Assembly (NCBI GenBank): GCA_951406725.2
Contig: OX597814.1
Span: 92,442,001 to 92,506,000, forward strand
Origin: Octopus vulgaris
Taxonomy: Eukaryota
Direction: 5' to 3'
Length of the DNA stretch: 64,000 bases
Position 1 is the first letter of the stretch. Every line of letters starts with the position of its first letter. Position numbers and translations under genes: made by a program. Below, in pieces: positions 38,753 through 52,440 of the stretch. Below the pieces are notes generated by a model that ran no database searches, was not told where the DNA came from, and was given only the letters and a program-made list of their open reading frames with translations.

Positions 38753-39340
38753 TCACCCGGTTGCCGAAGATTAAAGCTAACTCGCCTTGTCAGTTTATTG
38801 TAAATATTATAGGAATAAAGGTTTGATCTCATAAATAGTAAAAGTGAAAGTCACAAATTATTAAAGTGCCTAATTCGCAATTTACAGCAAAAACACATTA
38901 CTATAGACGCCACTAAGGTGACTAAGGGTGCTAGTACTACCAGCATTTTCTTCTATTTGTTTCAGTCATTTGACTGCAGCCATGCTGGAGCACCGCCTTT
39001 AGTCGATCAAATCGACTCCAGGGCTTATTCTATCGGCCCCTCTTGCCGAACCGGTAAGTGACGGGGACGTAAACACACCAGCATCGGTTATCAAGTGATG
39101 TTGGGGGGACAAACATAGATAACACAAACATATACATACACATATATATATACATATATACGACGGACTTCTTTCAGTTTCCGTCTACCAAATCCACTCA
39201 CAAGGCTTTGGTCAGCCCGAGGCTATAGTAGAAGACACTTGCCCAAGGTACCACGCAGAAGGACTGAACCCAGAACCATGTAGTTGGTAAGCAAGCTACT
39301 TACTACACAGCCACTCCTGCACTAGATAATACTGCTGGAT

Positions 39341-39430
<90 letters not shown>

Positions 39431-39467
39431 TCAAACAACAGATAATTCAAGGGAAAAACTGGCTTGG

Positions 39468-39558
39468 ATTATCTGCTGAAAGATCGGAAACGTAAAACTT
39501 GGATTACTGGAAACTATGAGCCTTTCAGTCTTCTTTCGATTCTTCGAAGCGTAATGAT
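39468..39558 (+). ncRNA. Degenerate hammerhead motif
   Basis: ATTAT-CTGCTGA-AAGATCGGAAA..TTTCGATTCTTC-GAAG-CGTA-ATGAT; two core substitutions. Confidence 0.4.
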
Positions 39559-40691
39559 TATATAGCAGTTACCCAATTTTACACAGTTCCTTTTCGTTTT
39601 TATTGAAAACTTCAAGGCCTCTTGCAATGTGGGTGTAGGTATGGATAGTACACGGCAGACAAGTATTGGACTTGTTTTATTGTTACTCGGTGAATTGGCA
39701 GATAGTTAAAATATCTAAATTAATAAACAGTTACATTAGAGAGAAAAAAACTACAATACGAAATGAAAGAAAACCCACTGACATGTCGAATCAGGAAGGT
39801 AACAAATAGCCCAGGAACAACAAGCAGAGATCGAAGATCTTGACTTTTAGCCATTGAGTATTCTGCTATGCTGTGCTACGATTACCATTCGCCAAGATGG
39901 GTGGGTAAGATAGATCGATGAGAAGAAAGAAGCAGAATGGATTGCACAGCTCCAGACAAATATCAGTAGGTTCAGGGAAAAGTATTGAAGCGTAAGACAC
40001 TGTCGTTAAGTACAAATTGCTTAATATATTCACGAACTGTTAGTTCGTGAATATCGTAGTAACCAGTTTATGATAGATTGTCAACGGCCTACTTATTTAT
40101 GTATGCGGGTATGGCTATGTGTATAAGTATACATGTATGTATTTATATGCCTCTATATATATGTGTGTATGTATGCATGTGTGAGTGTGTATGATTTTGT
40201 GTGTGTATATATATAAGTATATCTAAATATGCATGTCTGTATATAAAAACGTGTGTAAATGAATACTCTGTAAAAGTATCTCTCATAAATTGCAATTTTA
40301 ACTTTTTATGCATTTTCCAATTTATAACAATCTAATATTAGTGATATAATTCGGCGTCTGTTCTTTGCATGTATTTCATTTACACATTTATTTATATCTA
40401 CGTCTTTTTTTTTTTTACTTCTTTGAGTCACTGAACTGACAGCGGCCGTGCTAGAGCACTGCCTTAAAGGGTTTAGTCGAACAAATCGACCGCAGTACTT
40501 ATTTTTTCGGTCTCTTGCGCCTAACCTCTACCTTACGGGGACGCAAACAAACCAAAACCGGTGGCGGAGGTCAAACACAAACAGAAAAAAACACACACAT
40601 ATAGATATGTGCATATGTGTGTGTGTGCCTGTGTGTGTATGAGTGTGTATGTATGTATGTATGTATGTATGTATGTATATATGTATGTATG

Positions 40692-40744
<53 letters not shown>

Positions 40745-41146
40745 ATATATACATACATACATACATACATACATACATCTTTCAGTTTCCATCCACCAAA
40801 TCCATTCATCAAGACTTGCTGACGCAATGGGACTGAACCTGAAATCGTGTTGATGGGAAGCAAAATTTTTTACTACATAGCCACGCCTCGAAAATTAATT
40901 TAAATATTGGTAAACGATTTTTAAAAGCAGTATTATGGGTGCTTAAAATTACCCTGTCTTTTAACATTAGAGGTCGAGTAAAAATTACTATGAGCTAAAA
41001 TTCTAACTAATAATTGAATCACACAGAAATTTCTGAAATAAACTACATTTATAGATTCCAATGAGCGATTGATGTAGCGGAGACACTTTGCTGAAAAAAT
41101 TATATTATATGGGTTAAATATAACTATTTGCTCAACAGCTCTATAT

Positions 41147-41320
<174 letters not shown>

Positions 41321-41348
41321 ATTTCTGTAAGTGTATGTATGCATAGTG

Positions 41349-41725
41349 GAGTCGCAATGGCCCAGTGGTTAGGGCAGCGGACTCGCGGTTGTGGGATCGC
41401 GGCTTCGATTCCCAGACCGGGCGTTGTGAGTGTTTATTGAACGAAAACATCTAAAGCTCCACGAGGCTCCGGCAGGGGGTATTGTCAATCCTGCTGTACT
41501 CTTTCACCGCAACTTTCTCTCTTCCTTCCTGTTTCTGTTTTTCCTGAATTTCAAAGTCCCTAGGACTATCCTACTCTGTGTCACGCTGAATCTCCCCGAG
41601 AACAACGTTAAGGGTACACGTGTCTATGGAATGCTTAGCCACTTGCACGTTCATTTCACGAGCAAGCTATTCCGTTGTTCGGATCAATTGGAACCCTCGT
41701 TGCCGTAACCAACGGAGTGCCACGA
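41349..41725 (+). mobile_element. tRNA-derived SINE family D (second copy at about 33608-33888)
   Basis: GCAATGGCCCAGTGGTTAGGGCAGCGGACTCGCGG head and GAAAACA(T/C)CTAAAGCTCC motif shared with the 33608 copy. Confidence 0.7.
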
Positions 41726-42113
41726 TGTATGCATGTCTGTGTATGTGTGTGTGTTTAATGAACATGAACGAGTTAGTTGAATTGAACAGGTGAGCAAGCA
41801 AGTGAATTAACAGACAGGTAGATAAATATTGATTGTTAGCACAAATGTTAGCACAAGACCAATAATTTCGTGGGAGTTAGGTAAGTCGATTAACATCGAC
41901 TCCGACTCCAGTGATCAACCTGTACTTATTTTATCGATCTGGAAAGCATGACAGGTAAAGTCAACACCGGCAGCATTTAATTTCAAAGAGTAAAGTCGAA
42001 ACAAATACCGCCAAGCATTTTGTTCGCGCAGTAACGCTTTGGCCAGTTCAAACAGATACAAACATATATACATACGTACACTAAGATAAATAGCAAGGTG
42101 ATATTCCACTTAC

Positions 42114-42310
42114 CCGTCAATGAGAGCATGTGTTTTCAAAATAACTTTTGCTGTCTCTAAACTATCAGCACTTCTGCTGGATTTGGATGCTGCTGCCAAA
42201 GGTACACCAATAGATATACAAATTACCAGCAAAAGTAATAACGCCAAACCTGCAGCTATCATTGTTTGCTTCTTAGTTAATCTTGACAAGGGACCACAGC
42301 TACTGGCCAT
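42114..42310 (-). CDS. First coding exon of a membrane dipeptidase (peptidase M19, renal dipeptidase/DPEP-like)
   Basis: Translates MASSCGPLSRLTKKQTMIAAGLALLLLLVICISIGVPLAAASKSSRSADSLETAKVILKTHALIDG: a hydrophobic signal anchor followed by ...LIDG, the start of the IDGHND metal-binding motif. Ends at a canonical phase-2 donor (GAC GG|GTAAGT, GT at 42113-42112). I found no downstream HND exon in the window. Confidence 0.8.
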
Positions 42311-42910
42311 AGTTGTTTTCTTTATTAATTTCTTTAGTGTAATCTAAGTTTTCTTTTTTTTCTTTTCCTTTTTTGTTTCCTGTTGGTTTTCCTTCTTTCT
42401 TTTGTTTTTTTCTTTGTTGAATAATATTATTTTATTGTCATTTACAGAATGATATTAACTGATTCTTCGGCGCTACCCTACTTATGTAGCTTGCTTATGG
42501 TATATGTCCGAGTCGTTTACAGAACGTTGACATATAAATGCATATAAATACAGCGAGGTGTACGTAAAATATATATATAAAGTAAATACAGAGAAGTGAG
42601 GGAGAAAGAGAGATTAACACAGGGTGAGAATGGGGGAGAGACAGAGACAGATAGAGAGGGAAATGTAGGCTGACTGACAGGCAGAAACAGACACAAAATG
42701 ACACAGAGTGATACTACAACAGATAAACAGATGAACAGAGAAAGAAGCGGAGATGGGGAGCTACCTAACGGTTTAAAATAAATGACAAGCCATTCCATAT
42801 TTGAATGTACCTCGTGTATTATATGAGAACTATGTTTATTAATGTGTGTGAACACACACGCACATACATACATACATACATACGTACATACATACATCCA
42901 AACATGCGTA

Positions 42911-42970
<60 letters not shown>

Positions 42971-42995
42971 GTGTATGTATGTATGTATGCATGTA

Positions 42996-43032
<37 letters not shown>

Positions 43033-43035
<3 letters not shown>

Positions 43036-43915
43036 AACTTACTGTGGACAAGGTTACGTGTCGTTCAATTATAAGATTATAAATATATAAAAAAATACAC
43101 GAGCGAAAAGCACATAAACTCACGAGAGATAGGTACAGGACAAAATACCAAAAGAAGTCTAACTCCTCCTCAGTTGTCGACTGTTTATTACTCCTTATAT
43201 CTAACTTTCAACGACAAGATAGGAAAATTTCATGAGACAACAGCATCCAGAAATTTTTAAAATATAAAGTTCGCGGAGAGTTAGGACTTCGAACGAACAA
43301 ACAGCAACAAAGTGGACGTACAAAGTAAACAATTGACAAAGATGCATTGTAATGGGTAACGCCTGGGATAAATTTTGAAAATATATATAGAATAAATAGA
43401 AGAGAAGAAAATAGTAGAAGAGAAAAAATGTCAGGAGGTGAGAGAAATGACGTCCAGCTAGGTTGACGTCGCGTCCAAAAAGACAGAGGTGAGAGAAATG
43501 GTCTATAATTACATGTGGGCAAACAGGCAGAGGAGAAGGCGAATAAGAGAGAGGATGAGGGAAAGAAACAAAGGGATTATATCCTTTCAAAAGTTCTCCC
43601 AGGCGTTACCCATTGCAATGTGTCTTGGCCTTACGGCCCTTGATGTTTGTCTTCGTCAATTGTTTACTCTGTAATCCACTCCGTTGCTGTTTGTTTTTTC
43701 GAATCCCTAACTATCCAAAAACTTTGTATTTTTAAATTTTCTGGATGATGCTGTCCTATAAAGTTTTCCTATCTTGTCGTTGAAAGCACGAAATAGGGAA
43801 TAATAAGCAGTCGATAACTGAGGAGGAGTTAGACATTTTTTGGCATTTTGTTCCGTACTTGCCTCTCGTGTGTTTACGTGTTGTTCGCTCGTTGGTGATG
43901 TCCTGTGCTTAATGT
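43033..43915. mobile_element. Large diverged foldback element in (TA)n
   Basis: ~280-300-bp arms 43099-43380 / 43585-43892 around a purine-rich spacer. Confidence 0.75.
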
Positions 43916-43927
43916 GTATATATATAT

Positions 43928-44682
43928 CGAAGCTACAGCATGCAGAGTAAAGCCGCTTGCCACAGATTGACCTTGAACTCTGCTATGCATGTGCACTAAG
44001 TTCTAGCTAACTTCCGCTATTTACAGCAGTGCTTCGAAGTGACGTGTGTAAAGAGTGGTCGTCGCATTCACCATGACGAGAAAGTTTTCATGGTGCTACC
44101 TACTCAACGGCCTACACAAAGTTGCAGAAAGTGTATGAAGAGGAGTGTATGATTTGCATACAAGTGTACGAATAGTTCAGACGTTTCCAAGATGGTCGGA
44201 AAATGTCGAAAGTGACGAACGTTTTGTGAGACCTGCAGCCAGTAGAACTGAGAAAAAACATCTTAGATGAGCGTTCAGGCGTGTAGAAAATCGTCGAATC
44301 ACCATCCGTGAGTCATCAGATGATGTTCAGATTAGTTACGGTTCAGTTCAGTCCATTATCACTGAAGATTTGGTTATGAGACGCGATTAAAATGTTTTGA
44401 AAACTTTGCGTGGGCCTCTAAGCAGGTATCGCCAAGCTTTTTACAAACTTTGATGCAGCTTCTCAGCTCAACTTTCTCTGTCAAGGTCAATAATGCGACG
44501 AATACATGCTACACACGTTACATCCAAGCACTGCTGTAAACAGTGAAAGTGAATTAGAACGTTTAAACGTTGTGCGCATGCACGGCAGAGTTCAAGCTCA
44601 CACTGTGCCAAGCGGCTTTACTCTACGTACTTTAGCTTCGTTACTAAAGCAACAGTCCAGATACTTATTGATCAGACTTCGT
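43928..44682 (+). mobile_element. Mariner-derived element with long inverted termini
   Basis: Inverted repeats at about 43928-44050 / 44510-44640; internal HTH-region translation AYTKLQKVYEEECM..QVYE*FRRFQDGR..ESDER..RP..ENRRITIRE. Confidence 0.75.
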
Positions 44683-45044
44683 ATATATATTATATAAAAT
44701 CCGTTCTTTCTGTCTGTGTGTGTCTTCTAGGATCTCGGGCATCCTCCATCCGATTGCGCTCGAATTTGATGTGTAGATACCGACGGTATCAGGGCATGTA
44801 TAAGTCTTGAAAAAATTACAAAAATCGATTCCAGGTGAGAATGCGATCGATAAAGCATTCTTTGAAATAGAAAAAGTCTATCTTTATTTCTTCTTTTGCT
44901 GGTGTCTCAAATTTAGTTTAAATCAGTGTTTCTCAAAGGGGAGGTCTATGGGACGGTCGGACAAGTTGTTTTGAGAAAATTTGGTTTAAATGTTTGATAA
45001 CTCAGCACCGACCATTGGACGGGGGGGGGGGGGTGCTTTTGCTC

Positions 45045-45109
<65 letters not shown>

Positions 45110-45196
45110 AATCATATCAAAGGGAAATGGAAATTAATAGAATTTTTCATTTCCAGTGGCCTAACGTGTAAACATTTAGTCCAAAGACTATGTATC

Positions 45197-45583
45197 TCTT
45201 CTCTCTATATATAAACGGCAGTTTGTCTGTGCGTTTTCTGTGTGTCTGTTTTCTCGTACCCTCACTCTGACCACGGCTTTCAACCGATTCTGATGAAACT
45301 TGACACACACATAGCCCAATGTCATAATTCAAAACTAACGCAGCGAAAATTTTGAAAAGTTCCCCCAGTTCTGAAAAAAATCGATAAATTCGACATGGGG
45401 TCGAGAATCAGAAACCCAAACCACAGACCGTCTAGGGGACGCAACTCCACCTTTTTTAACTCTCAAAAAAAATTTACCATCATTTTTTTTCCATTTTTTT
45501 GCTATTTTTTGGCTATAACTCTCTAAAAATGCTTTATAGTTATTTCCCTTACAAACCTGAGCAACGCCGGGCGATACTGCTAG
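45197..45583 (+). mobile_element. Non-autonomous Helitron, copy 1 of a pair
   Basis: TC start, CCTGAGCAACGCCGGG hairpin, CTAG|T end; nearly identical to 54218-54590. Confidence 0.85.
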
Positions 45584-45586
45584 TTA

Positions 45587-45730
45587 GTCATAAAATACAG
45601 TGTACATTTAAACACATAAGGAATCCACTCATGGGATTCAACACGCTAGAAAGAACCTAGCTGTTCTTTCTAGCGTGTTGAATCCCATGAGTGGATTCCT
45701 TATGTGTTTAAATGTACACTGTATTTTATG

Positions 45731-45732
<2 letters not shown>
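45587..45732. repeat. Perfect 70-bp inverted repeat
   Basis: Arms 45587-45656 / 45663-45732, loop CTAGCT, followed by (TA)n. Confidence 0.95.
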
Positions 45733-45769
<37 letters not shown>

Positions 45770-45784
45770 CACATATGTATTCAT

Positions 45785-46740
45785 TCATTCGTTCGGTTCT
45801 CATGGTGCCTTTTGGCATTTGATGCGACACCAAGATCATTCCACCTCCTAACACTGAAAGCGTCCTTGACACCTTGTTCCATTGTTAACCCTCTGATTTT
45901 AAGACCTTCTGTTACTGTTCTCCGCCACGTTTCCTATGGTCGGTTACGTCTTCTTTTACCTTGTGGAATCCATTGCAAATTAACCCTAACAATTGTTTTC
46001 GGTTTATAGCGGCAAACTCGACACAGCCATTTCCATCTCCTTGCTTTAATAGTTATTCTTATTGGTTTCACGTTAGTCTTGGTATGTAGTTGGCTATTCG
46101 AAATCATATTCGACCAATAGATCTTCAAAAGTTTTCGTAAACATTTAATTTGAAACGCCTCCAATTACTTTTCACTATTTTTGGTTGCTTTCCAACATTC
46201 AAATCCATAGAGGAGAATTCTAAGCATGTTGTTTTGTACAATAGAATCGTATTTTGGTGTTTTTGCTTTTTATTTATGATTTCTATATTGAGTTTAACAT
46301 ACCGTATGGTTGGTTGGCTTTGCTGATTCTTGTATTCATTTCATGAATGCAGTCTCCATCCATTGTCATTTTGGTGCCTAGAGTTACATTCGTCAACATT
46401 TGCAATTGGTTTGTCGTTCAAAGTCACATAGTCAGCATCTGTTATATTTTTACAGAGTGTACGTTTTCTTCTCGTTCATTTTGAGACCTATAGTGTTGGC
46501 TGTTTGTCTAAGTCTTTCCGATTTCTCCTGTAACTCTTGAAGCGTGTATGAGAACAAACAAATGTCGTCTGCATAATCTAAATCTTCTAGTTGTGTTGTG
46601 TTCTATTCTATACCCCGTTTATATTTTTCTGTCGTTCTTTGCATCAACCAATTCACTGCCAATGAAAATAAGATTGGCGATGACACGCATCTTTCTTCGA
46701 CTCCGGTTTTGATTTCGAACGGATCTGTCAATTTGTTGTT
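45785..46740 (-). mobile_element. RTE-clade LINE, RT domain 4 to 3' end
   Basis: FEIKTGVEERCVSSPILF, LEDLDYADDICL, EAFQIKCLRKLLKIYW, RRWKWL, LQWIPQGKRRRNRP; ends in a short (GAAT)n tail. Confidence 0.9.
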
Positions 46741-46741
46741 G

Positions 46742-47112
46742 CTTAAAGCAGAGATCAAAATATTACCAATTACTTTCCAAAAAATTTTACAAAATATCTA
46801 GATCAATGAGGAAATACCGAAAAAAAAGGATTCCTTGTGAAATTACCAAAGAACGACGATGCATCAAATTGTAATAATTGGAGAGGAATCGCTGTATTAT
46901 CAATCACCAGTAAAATATTCACCCATGTCATATTACAGCGCATCAAAACAGCAATAGACCAATTACTTTGCCAAGAGCAAGCTGGATTCAGGAAAGGAAA
47001 ATCATGTATCGGCTATATTTTTGTAATTCGCCAAATACTCGAACAATTCAATGAATGGAACTCATCTTTGTGCATGCTGTTTGTTGACTTTGAAAAGCTT
47101 TCGTTAGCCTTC
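46742..47112 (+). mobile_element. RTE-clade RT domains 0-3, inverted relative to the adjacent 3' part
   Basis: KLPKNDDASNCNNWRGIAVLSITSKIF...QEQAGFRKGKSCIGYIFVIRQILEQ...LFVDFEK. Confidence 0.9.
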
Positions 47113-47214
47113 TATTCTAGTTGAACACTAGGATCGGTGTGATCGACTAGACACCTCTCCAGAAGTTTATCCCTTCTACTCTAAGTAGAAAGAAAACAAA
47201 GTGTAGCAGGACGT

Positions 47215-48055
47215 GTGACTTCATACTCACTGCTGAAGCACTGTCCGTGCAGGTAATGTGCATTGGCTCGGAAAAAGTAGTAATCTGATGTTGCAGCAAG
47301 GTCAGAACTGTAGGTAGGGTGAAGGAACACTTCCAGCCCCTCAGGTTCCTCGAGTTTGTGCTTGGTTACATTGGCAATGTATGCTGAAGCATTGTCATGC
47401 TGTAGGAGTGCGTGTCTTCGGTTGACCGATGCCAGGTAGTATGCTTTCAAAGCATCATATATTCGTTGCAGCTGCTGAATATAGAGGTTGGCACTCATAG
47501 CATGACCATCTGGGACAAGCTCAAAGTGCAACATCCTTTCGAAATTCCACCAGACACAGAATATTACCTTCTGTTCAAACCGCCCTTATTTGACAACAGG
47601 TTATGAAAGCTAGCCGTTGCGAAGCCACTAATTTCTCTTAAGATTACGAAATAGATCTATTCTTCATCTCCAGGTGCAATCCGATACCAGAAACGGGCAT
47701 CTCGATGTTATGCTAGCAGTTGTTTGTGATAGTTCACACATCGTTGAGCCTGGTAATTGGTCAGTCCATGAGTAAATTCTAGGCAAGCTGAGCTTTTGAA
47801 GGTGACAATTGAAAGTGATTTGTGAAGGACCTAGTTCTGCCGGCAATGTATGCTTAGATTTTGTTCAGTCCTTTAAAGTAAAGCCTCGTCTTCCACATCA
47901 GAAGGTTTCCTTCTTCGATGCTGATGTCACTTTCCTTCAAACGTCTGAACCAGTGTTGTGCCACACTTTCGTTGATAGTTCCTGGGCCTTCCACATCATT
48001 AATTTCTTTTGCCGTTGCCATTGCACTCAGCCCCCTTTTCTACAGATAGCGTAAA
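47215..48055 (-). mobile_element. Mariner (DD34D) transposase pseudogene
   Basis: ORF 47181-47534: LHFELVPDGHAMSANLYIQQL...LLQHDNASAY...LHPTYSSDLAATSDYYFFR; upstream frameshifted pieces include LEDEALL and RIAPGDEE. Confidence 0.9.
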
Positions 48056-48367
48056 AAGGCTCTAATCGTAATGTTTTTACCACTCATTATCAAAGCTGTA
48101 ACATAACGAATAAAAATTAATGTTTTTTGCTTTGTTTTGTATTGTTCTTTATGCTATATATGAAAATGAAGAATAAACAATTCAGTAACGATAAATAAAT
48201 AATATAACATGGAGATACAAGTTGTCAAAAATCCTCAATGAAAATTCAAAAAGGCTTTTGACTCAACCTGTTGTATACATGTACACACACACACATTTAT
48301 GCATCAATACATACGCGCATAAATACATACGTACATAAATACATACGTACATAAATAAATACATACG

Positions 48368-48427
<60 letters not shown>

Positions 48428-48450
48428 GATGTATATATACACACACACAC

Positions 48451-48554
<104 letters not shown>

Positions 48555-49244
48555 GGATGCAGGCATGATTGTTTGGCTTCGCAAATGTGAAGCCCCAGAT
48601 TTGATCATAATTTGTACTACCTTTAGCAGGTTGAGTCTGTGTGTGTCACTGCTCGAAGTTTTTTCGACTGGTAGGATATTTTTAGCTTACTGATATATTT
48701 ACAATGGTCGGTTCTACGATACAAGGCTCATGCTGAAAGCAACTTAACCAGAAATGCTAATTCTTTATGTGGCCACATAATAACTATAATAATGTTTTTA
48801 AAAGAATAACAGATCCTATGAGAAAAAAAAATCCACCTATAAATTGTTTCTCTGTCAAGTCATTCACTTGTTTCTTTATCGAGAAGCATTCGTATAAGTG
48901 ACCTTTTGTTGAACTTATGAATAAACCTGTATGTGAAGACTATTGATGAGCGAAGGGATGTTATTTTTCGTCTGTAAGAAGATTAAAAACTAAATTATTT
49001 AAGGACTTTACGCTCAAGTGGTTTTATTTGTAGGTACAGTTAATGACTGGGGATAAAAAAATCAAGAAAGAGAATTCGTAATTGATCATGTTCTATTTGG
49101 AATCCATATTTGCTATTCAGTATGTGATAGCTTAGTCAGCAGCTTGTTTTTGGGGTGGTTTTATATTCTATAGTTCATATCTTATATGTTGATCCGACAC
49201 GGTTCAGATCAGATACAGGTCAACTCCTAACATATATTCTTTTC

Positions 49245-49812
49245 TACTCTAGGTGTAAGGCCCGAAATTTTCGGGGAGGGGGCCAGTCGATTAGATCGAC
49301 CCCAGAACGCAACTGGTACTTAATTTATCGACCCCGAAAGGATGAAAGGCAAAGTCGACCTCGGCGGAATTTGAACTCAGAACTTAAAGACAAATGAAAT
49401 ACCTATTTCTTTACTACCCACAAGGGGCTAAACACAGAGGGGACAAACAAGAACAGACAAACGGATTAAGTCTATTATATCGACCCCAGTGCGTAACTGG
49501 TACTTATTTAATCGACCCCGAAAGGATGAAAGGCAAAGTTGAACTCGGCGGAATTTGAACTCAGAACGTAGCGACGGGTGAAATACCTATTTCTTTACTA
49601 CCCACAATGGGCTAAACACAGAGGGGACAAACAAGAACAGACAAACGGATTAAGTCAATTATATCGACCCCAGTGCGTAACTGGTACTTAATTTATCGAC
49701 CCGAAAGAATGAAAGGCAAAGTCGACCTCGGCGGAATTTGAACTCAGAACGTAACTGCAGACGAAATACGGCTACGCATTTCGCCCGGTGTGCTAACGTT
49801 TCTGCCAGCTCC
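49245..49812 (-). mobile_element. SINE family A, trimeric copy
   Basis: Three tandem units containing CGACCCCGAAAGGATGAAAGGCAAAGTCGACCTCGGCGGAATTTGAACTCAGAAC. Confidence 0.85.
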
Positions 49813-50028
49813 TAACATATATTGCATGTCTCCATATGATGTGATGGGTTTTTATGCCGACAAACGCACACTCATACAGGAAGAGAAAGAAGGAGTCACA
49901 TACATATTTAGACAGACATACAAAAACTGATACACAAAACCTCATCTGCATACACGTGCACGTATGCGTGTGCATGCATATATACGTGAATTTATATGAG
50001 TGTCTATACATTTGTGTGTGTGTGTGTG

Positions 50029-50240
50029 TACGGGGTGCTCGGGCTAAATTTAACAATTTGCATAAAAGGAAAAGAAAACAACGTCCCATCCAAAATTAAA
50101 AGTATTTTTAAAAAGTTAAAACATATCAACTAGTCTAAGGCTAAGAGATAACAGTTTATTCAAAGTACCCGTCCTCAGCTTCCATCATGGCCTAAAGACG
50201 GCTCCGGAATCTGGTGCATGCGTTCCTCACTGTTTCCTGA
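50029..50240 (-). mobile_element. Tc1/mariner 3' fragment
   Basis: ETVRNACTRFRSRL*AMMEAEDGYFE*, followed by a TIR-like end ...GAGCACCCCGTA. Confidence 0.65.
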
Positions 50241-52322
50241 GTAAGATTACATCGACCCCAGTGTTCAACTGGTACTTATTTTATCTACCCCGAAAGGATG
50301 AAAGGCCAAGTTGACCTCGGTTGAATTTGAACTCAGAACGTCAAGACGTAAAATGCCACTAAGCATTTTGCCCGGCGAGCTAGTGATTCTGCCTGCTCGC
50401 CGCCTTAAAGCGTAAGAATATATTGTTGACTCTAATTTCTATGCTAGCAACATAGATTGTTATGCTTCAACCGTTTGGCATATACGTTAATCTATTTCAG
50501 CTGCATTTAATTGTATCTATACACACACACACAGCAAATTAAAAAACATTAAAATTTTAATTTTTTAGCTGAAACGTGTTTTAATTTAAAATCTAACATT
50601 GATTTCTTATTTAGGCAAAAGAATAGGAGTCTGGGGGTTAAATCGTCAGTATCGATCCCCAGAACTTGTCGACCAGTAAACTTAGTTGAGCTTGAGAGGA
50701 TGAAAGTCAAGGCTAACCTCGGCCAGACATGAACTCTGTATATAAAGAGCTGAAATAAATACTGCGAAGTATTTTTCTGATGCTCTAACGACTCTGTCAC
50801 TCTACTGCCCGCACAAAATCTAATATTGGTTTCAAATTTTGGCACAAAGCCAGCAAATTTGGGTGAGGGGATAAGTCGATTATATCGATCCAAGTGTTCA
50901 CTTGGTACTTATTTTATCGACTCCATAAGGATGAAAGGCAAAGTCCACCTCGGTGGTATTTGAACTCAGAACGTAAAACCGGGTAAAATGCTTAGCAGCA
51001 TATTTCCTGGCATACTAAGGATACTGTCGGCTAGCCGCCTTCAAAAAATCTAATATTGAAAACACAGCTTGCCTGCCCCATCATTGCTAACACTTCATCT
51101 ATTTCTGTTGAAAAAAAAGTAATAAAACATTTTCTATTCAAAATGCTACTAATCCGATTAAAAATGGTGAGTTGTAAAACTAGAATTGCAAGAGATTTTG
51201 CAGAAAGACAGAAGCATAAATAAGTATATATGATTAATGTATAGAAATATGGAAACTGATCAAAAACAGGTGTTACAAACACGTTTAAATAATAGCCCAG
51301 TCAAAACTTGTTCGATGGACCAGAAGTGGTTTTGGATGGTGTGAAAGTAGAGCAACATTCGAATACTTGCTTGTGAATACTTACAGTGAAACTTGTTTAC
51401 TAATACAATGATTTTGTTAACTTCATACCTATGCTATTATGTTAAACTGTCGTATGTCCAAATTTGACCAAATACATTTTTTTTTCAGTATTTATTTTTG
51501 CTTGCAGTAGCCGGTTCTTATGATCAGACTATCGTATCTCCAGCTGCTACAGGTGTCAAAATATCAAGAATTGTCAAAATGTAGTACAATGGTTTTGCTA
51601 CGGAATGGAGAAACTGTTTTTTCGTTTTCTGAAAAACCAAAGTTTTGACTTTCGATACTTCTGCATAATAGCAACGATATATTTGTTTCTTTATAAACTT
51701 TTATTTCATGGTTTCTAACTCACCTATTGCCTGTGTGAGCACGCACGCATACACGTGTCTGTGTATGTGTACAAGTTTTTTAAACATGCTATTATCTGTT
51801 TTAATTTTTTTGTGTTAATGTTGGGTTTGAATACGATTGGTCAGAGCAACAAAGGCGGGACAATTGTATGCAGGTAGACAAATAAATCAAGAGAAGCAAT
51901 AAACCAGATTTTGTAGTATTAATAAGTGACCTATAAGATTTTGTTGGTTGGGAAAATCTGTATTATTTAAGTGTCGGTGTTGTTGTTGCCGCTGCTGTTG
52001 TTGTTGTTTTGTTGTTTGTTGGTGGTGGTTGTGGTGGTGATGGTGAATGTGTGCAGCATTGTTGTCAACTGTGTACGTTGCTATTTTCTACTTGTTTCAG
52101 TCATTAGACTACAGCCATGCTGGGATACTACCTACCTTGAACAGATCGAGACCACTTCTTATTTTTAAAGTCGTATGCATAACCTCTCGATATCTTTCGA
52201 CGAGCCGCTGAGTTACAGGATGTAAATAAACCAACACCGGTTGTCAAACGACGTGGCGAGAGGACAAACAAAGACACAAACACAAACAGACAGACAAACA
52301 GACTGACAGATAGATAGATAGG

Positions 52323-52440
<118 letters not shown>

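Noticed and set aside
40026-40054. 13-bp perfect hairpin
   Set aside because: Short, AT-rich and isolated, with no supporting context.
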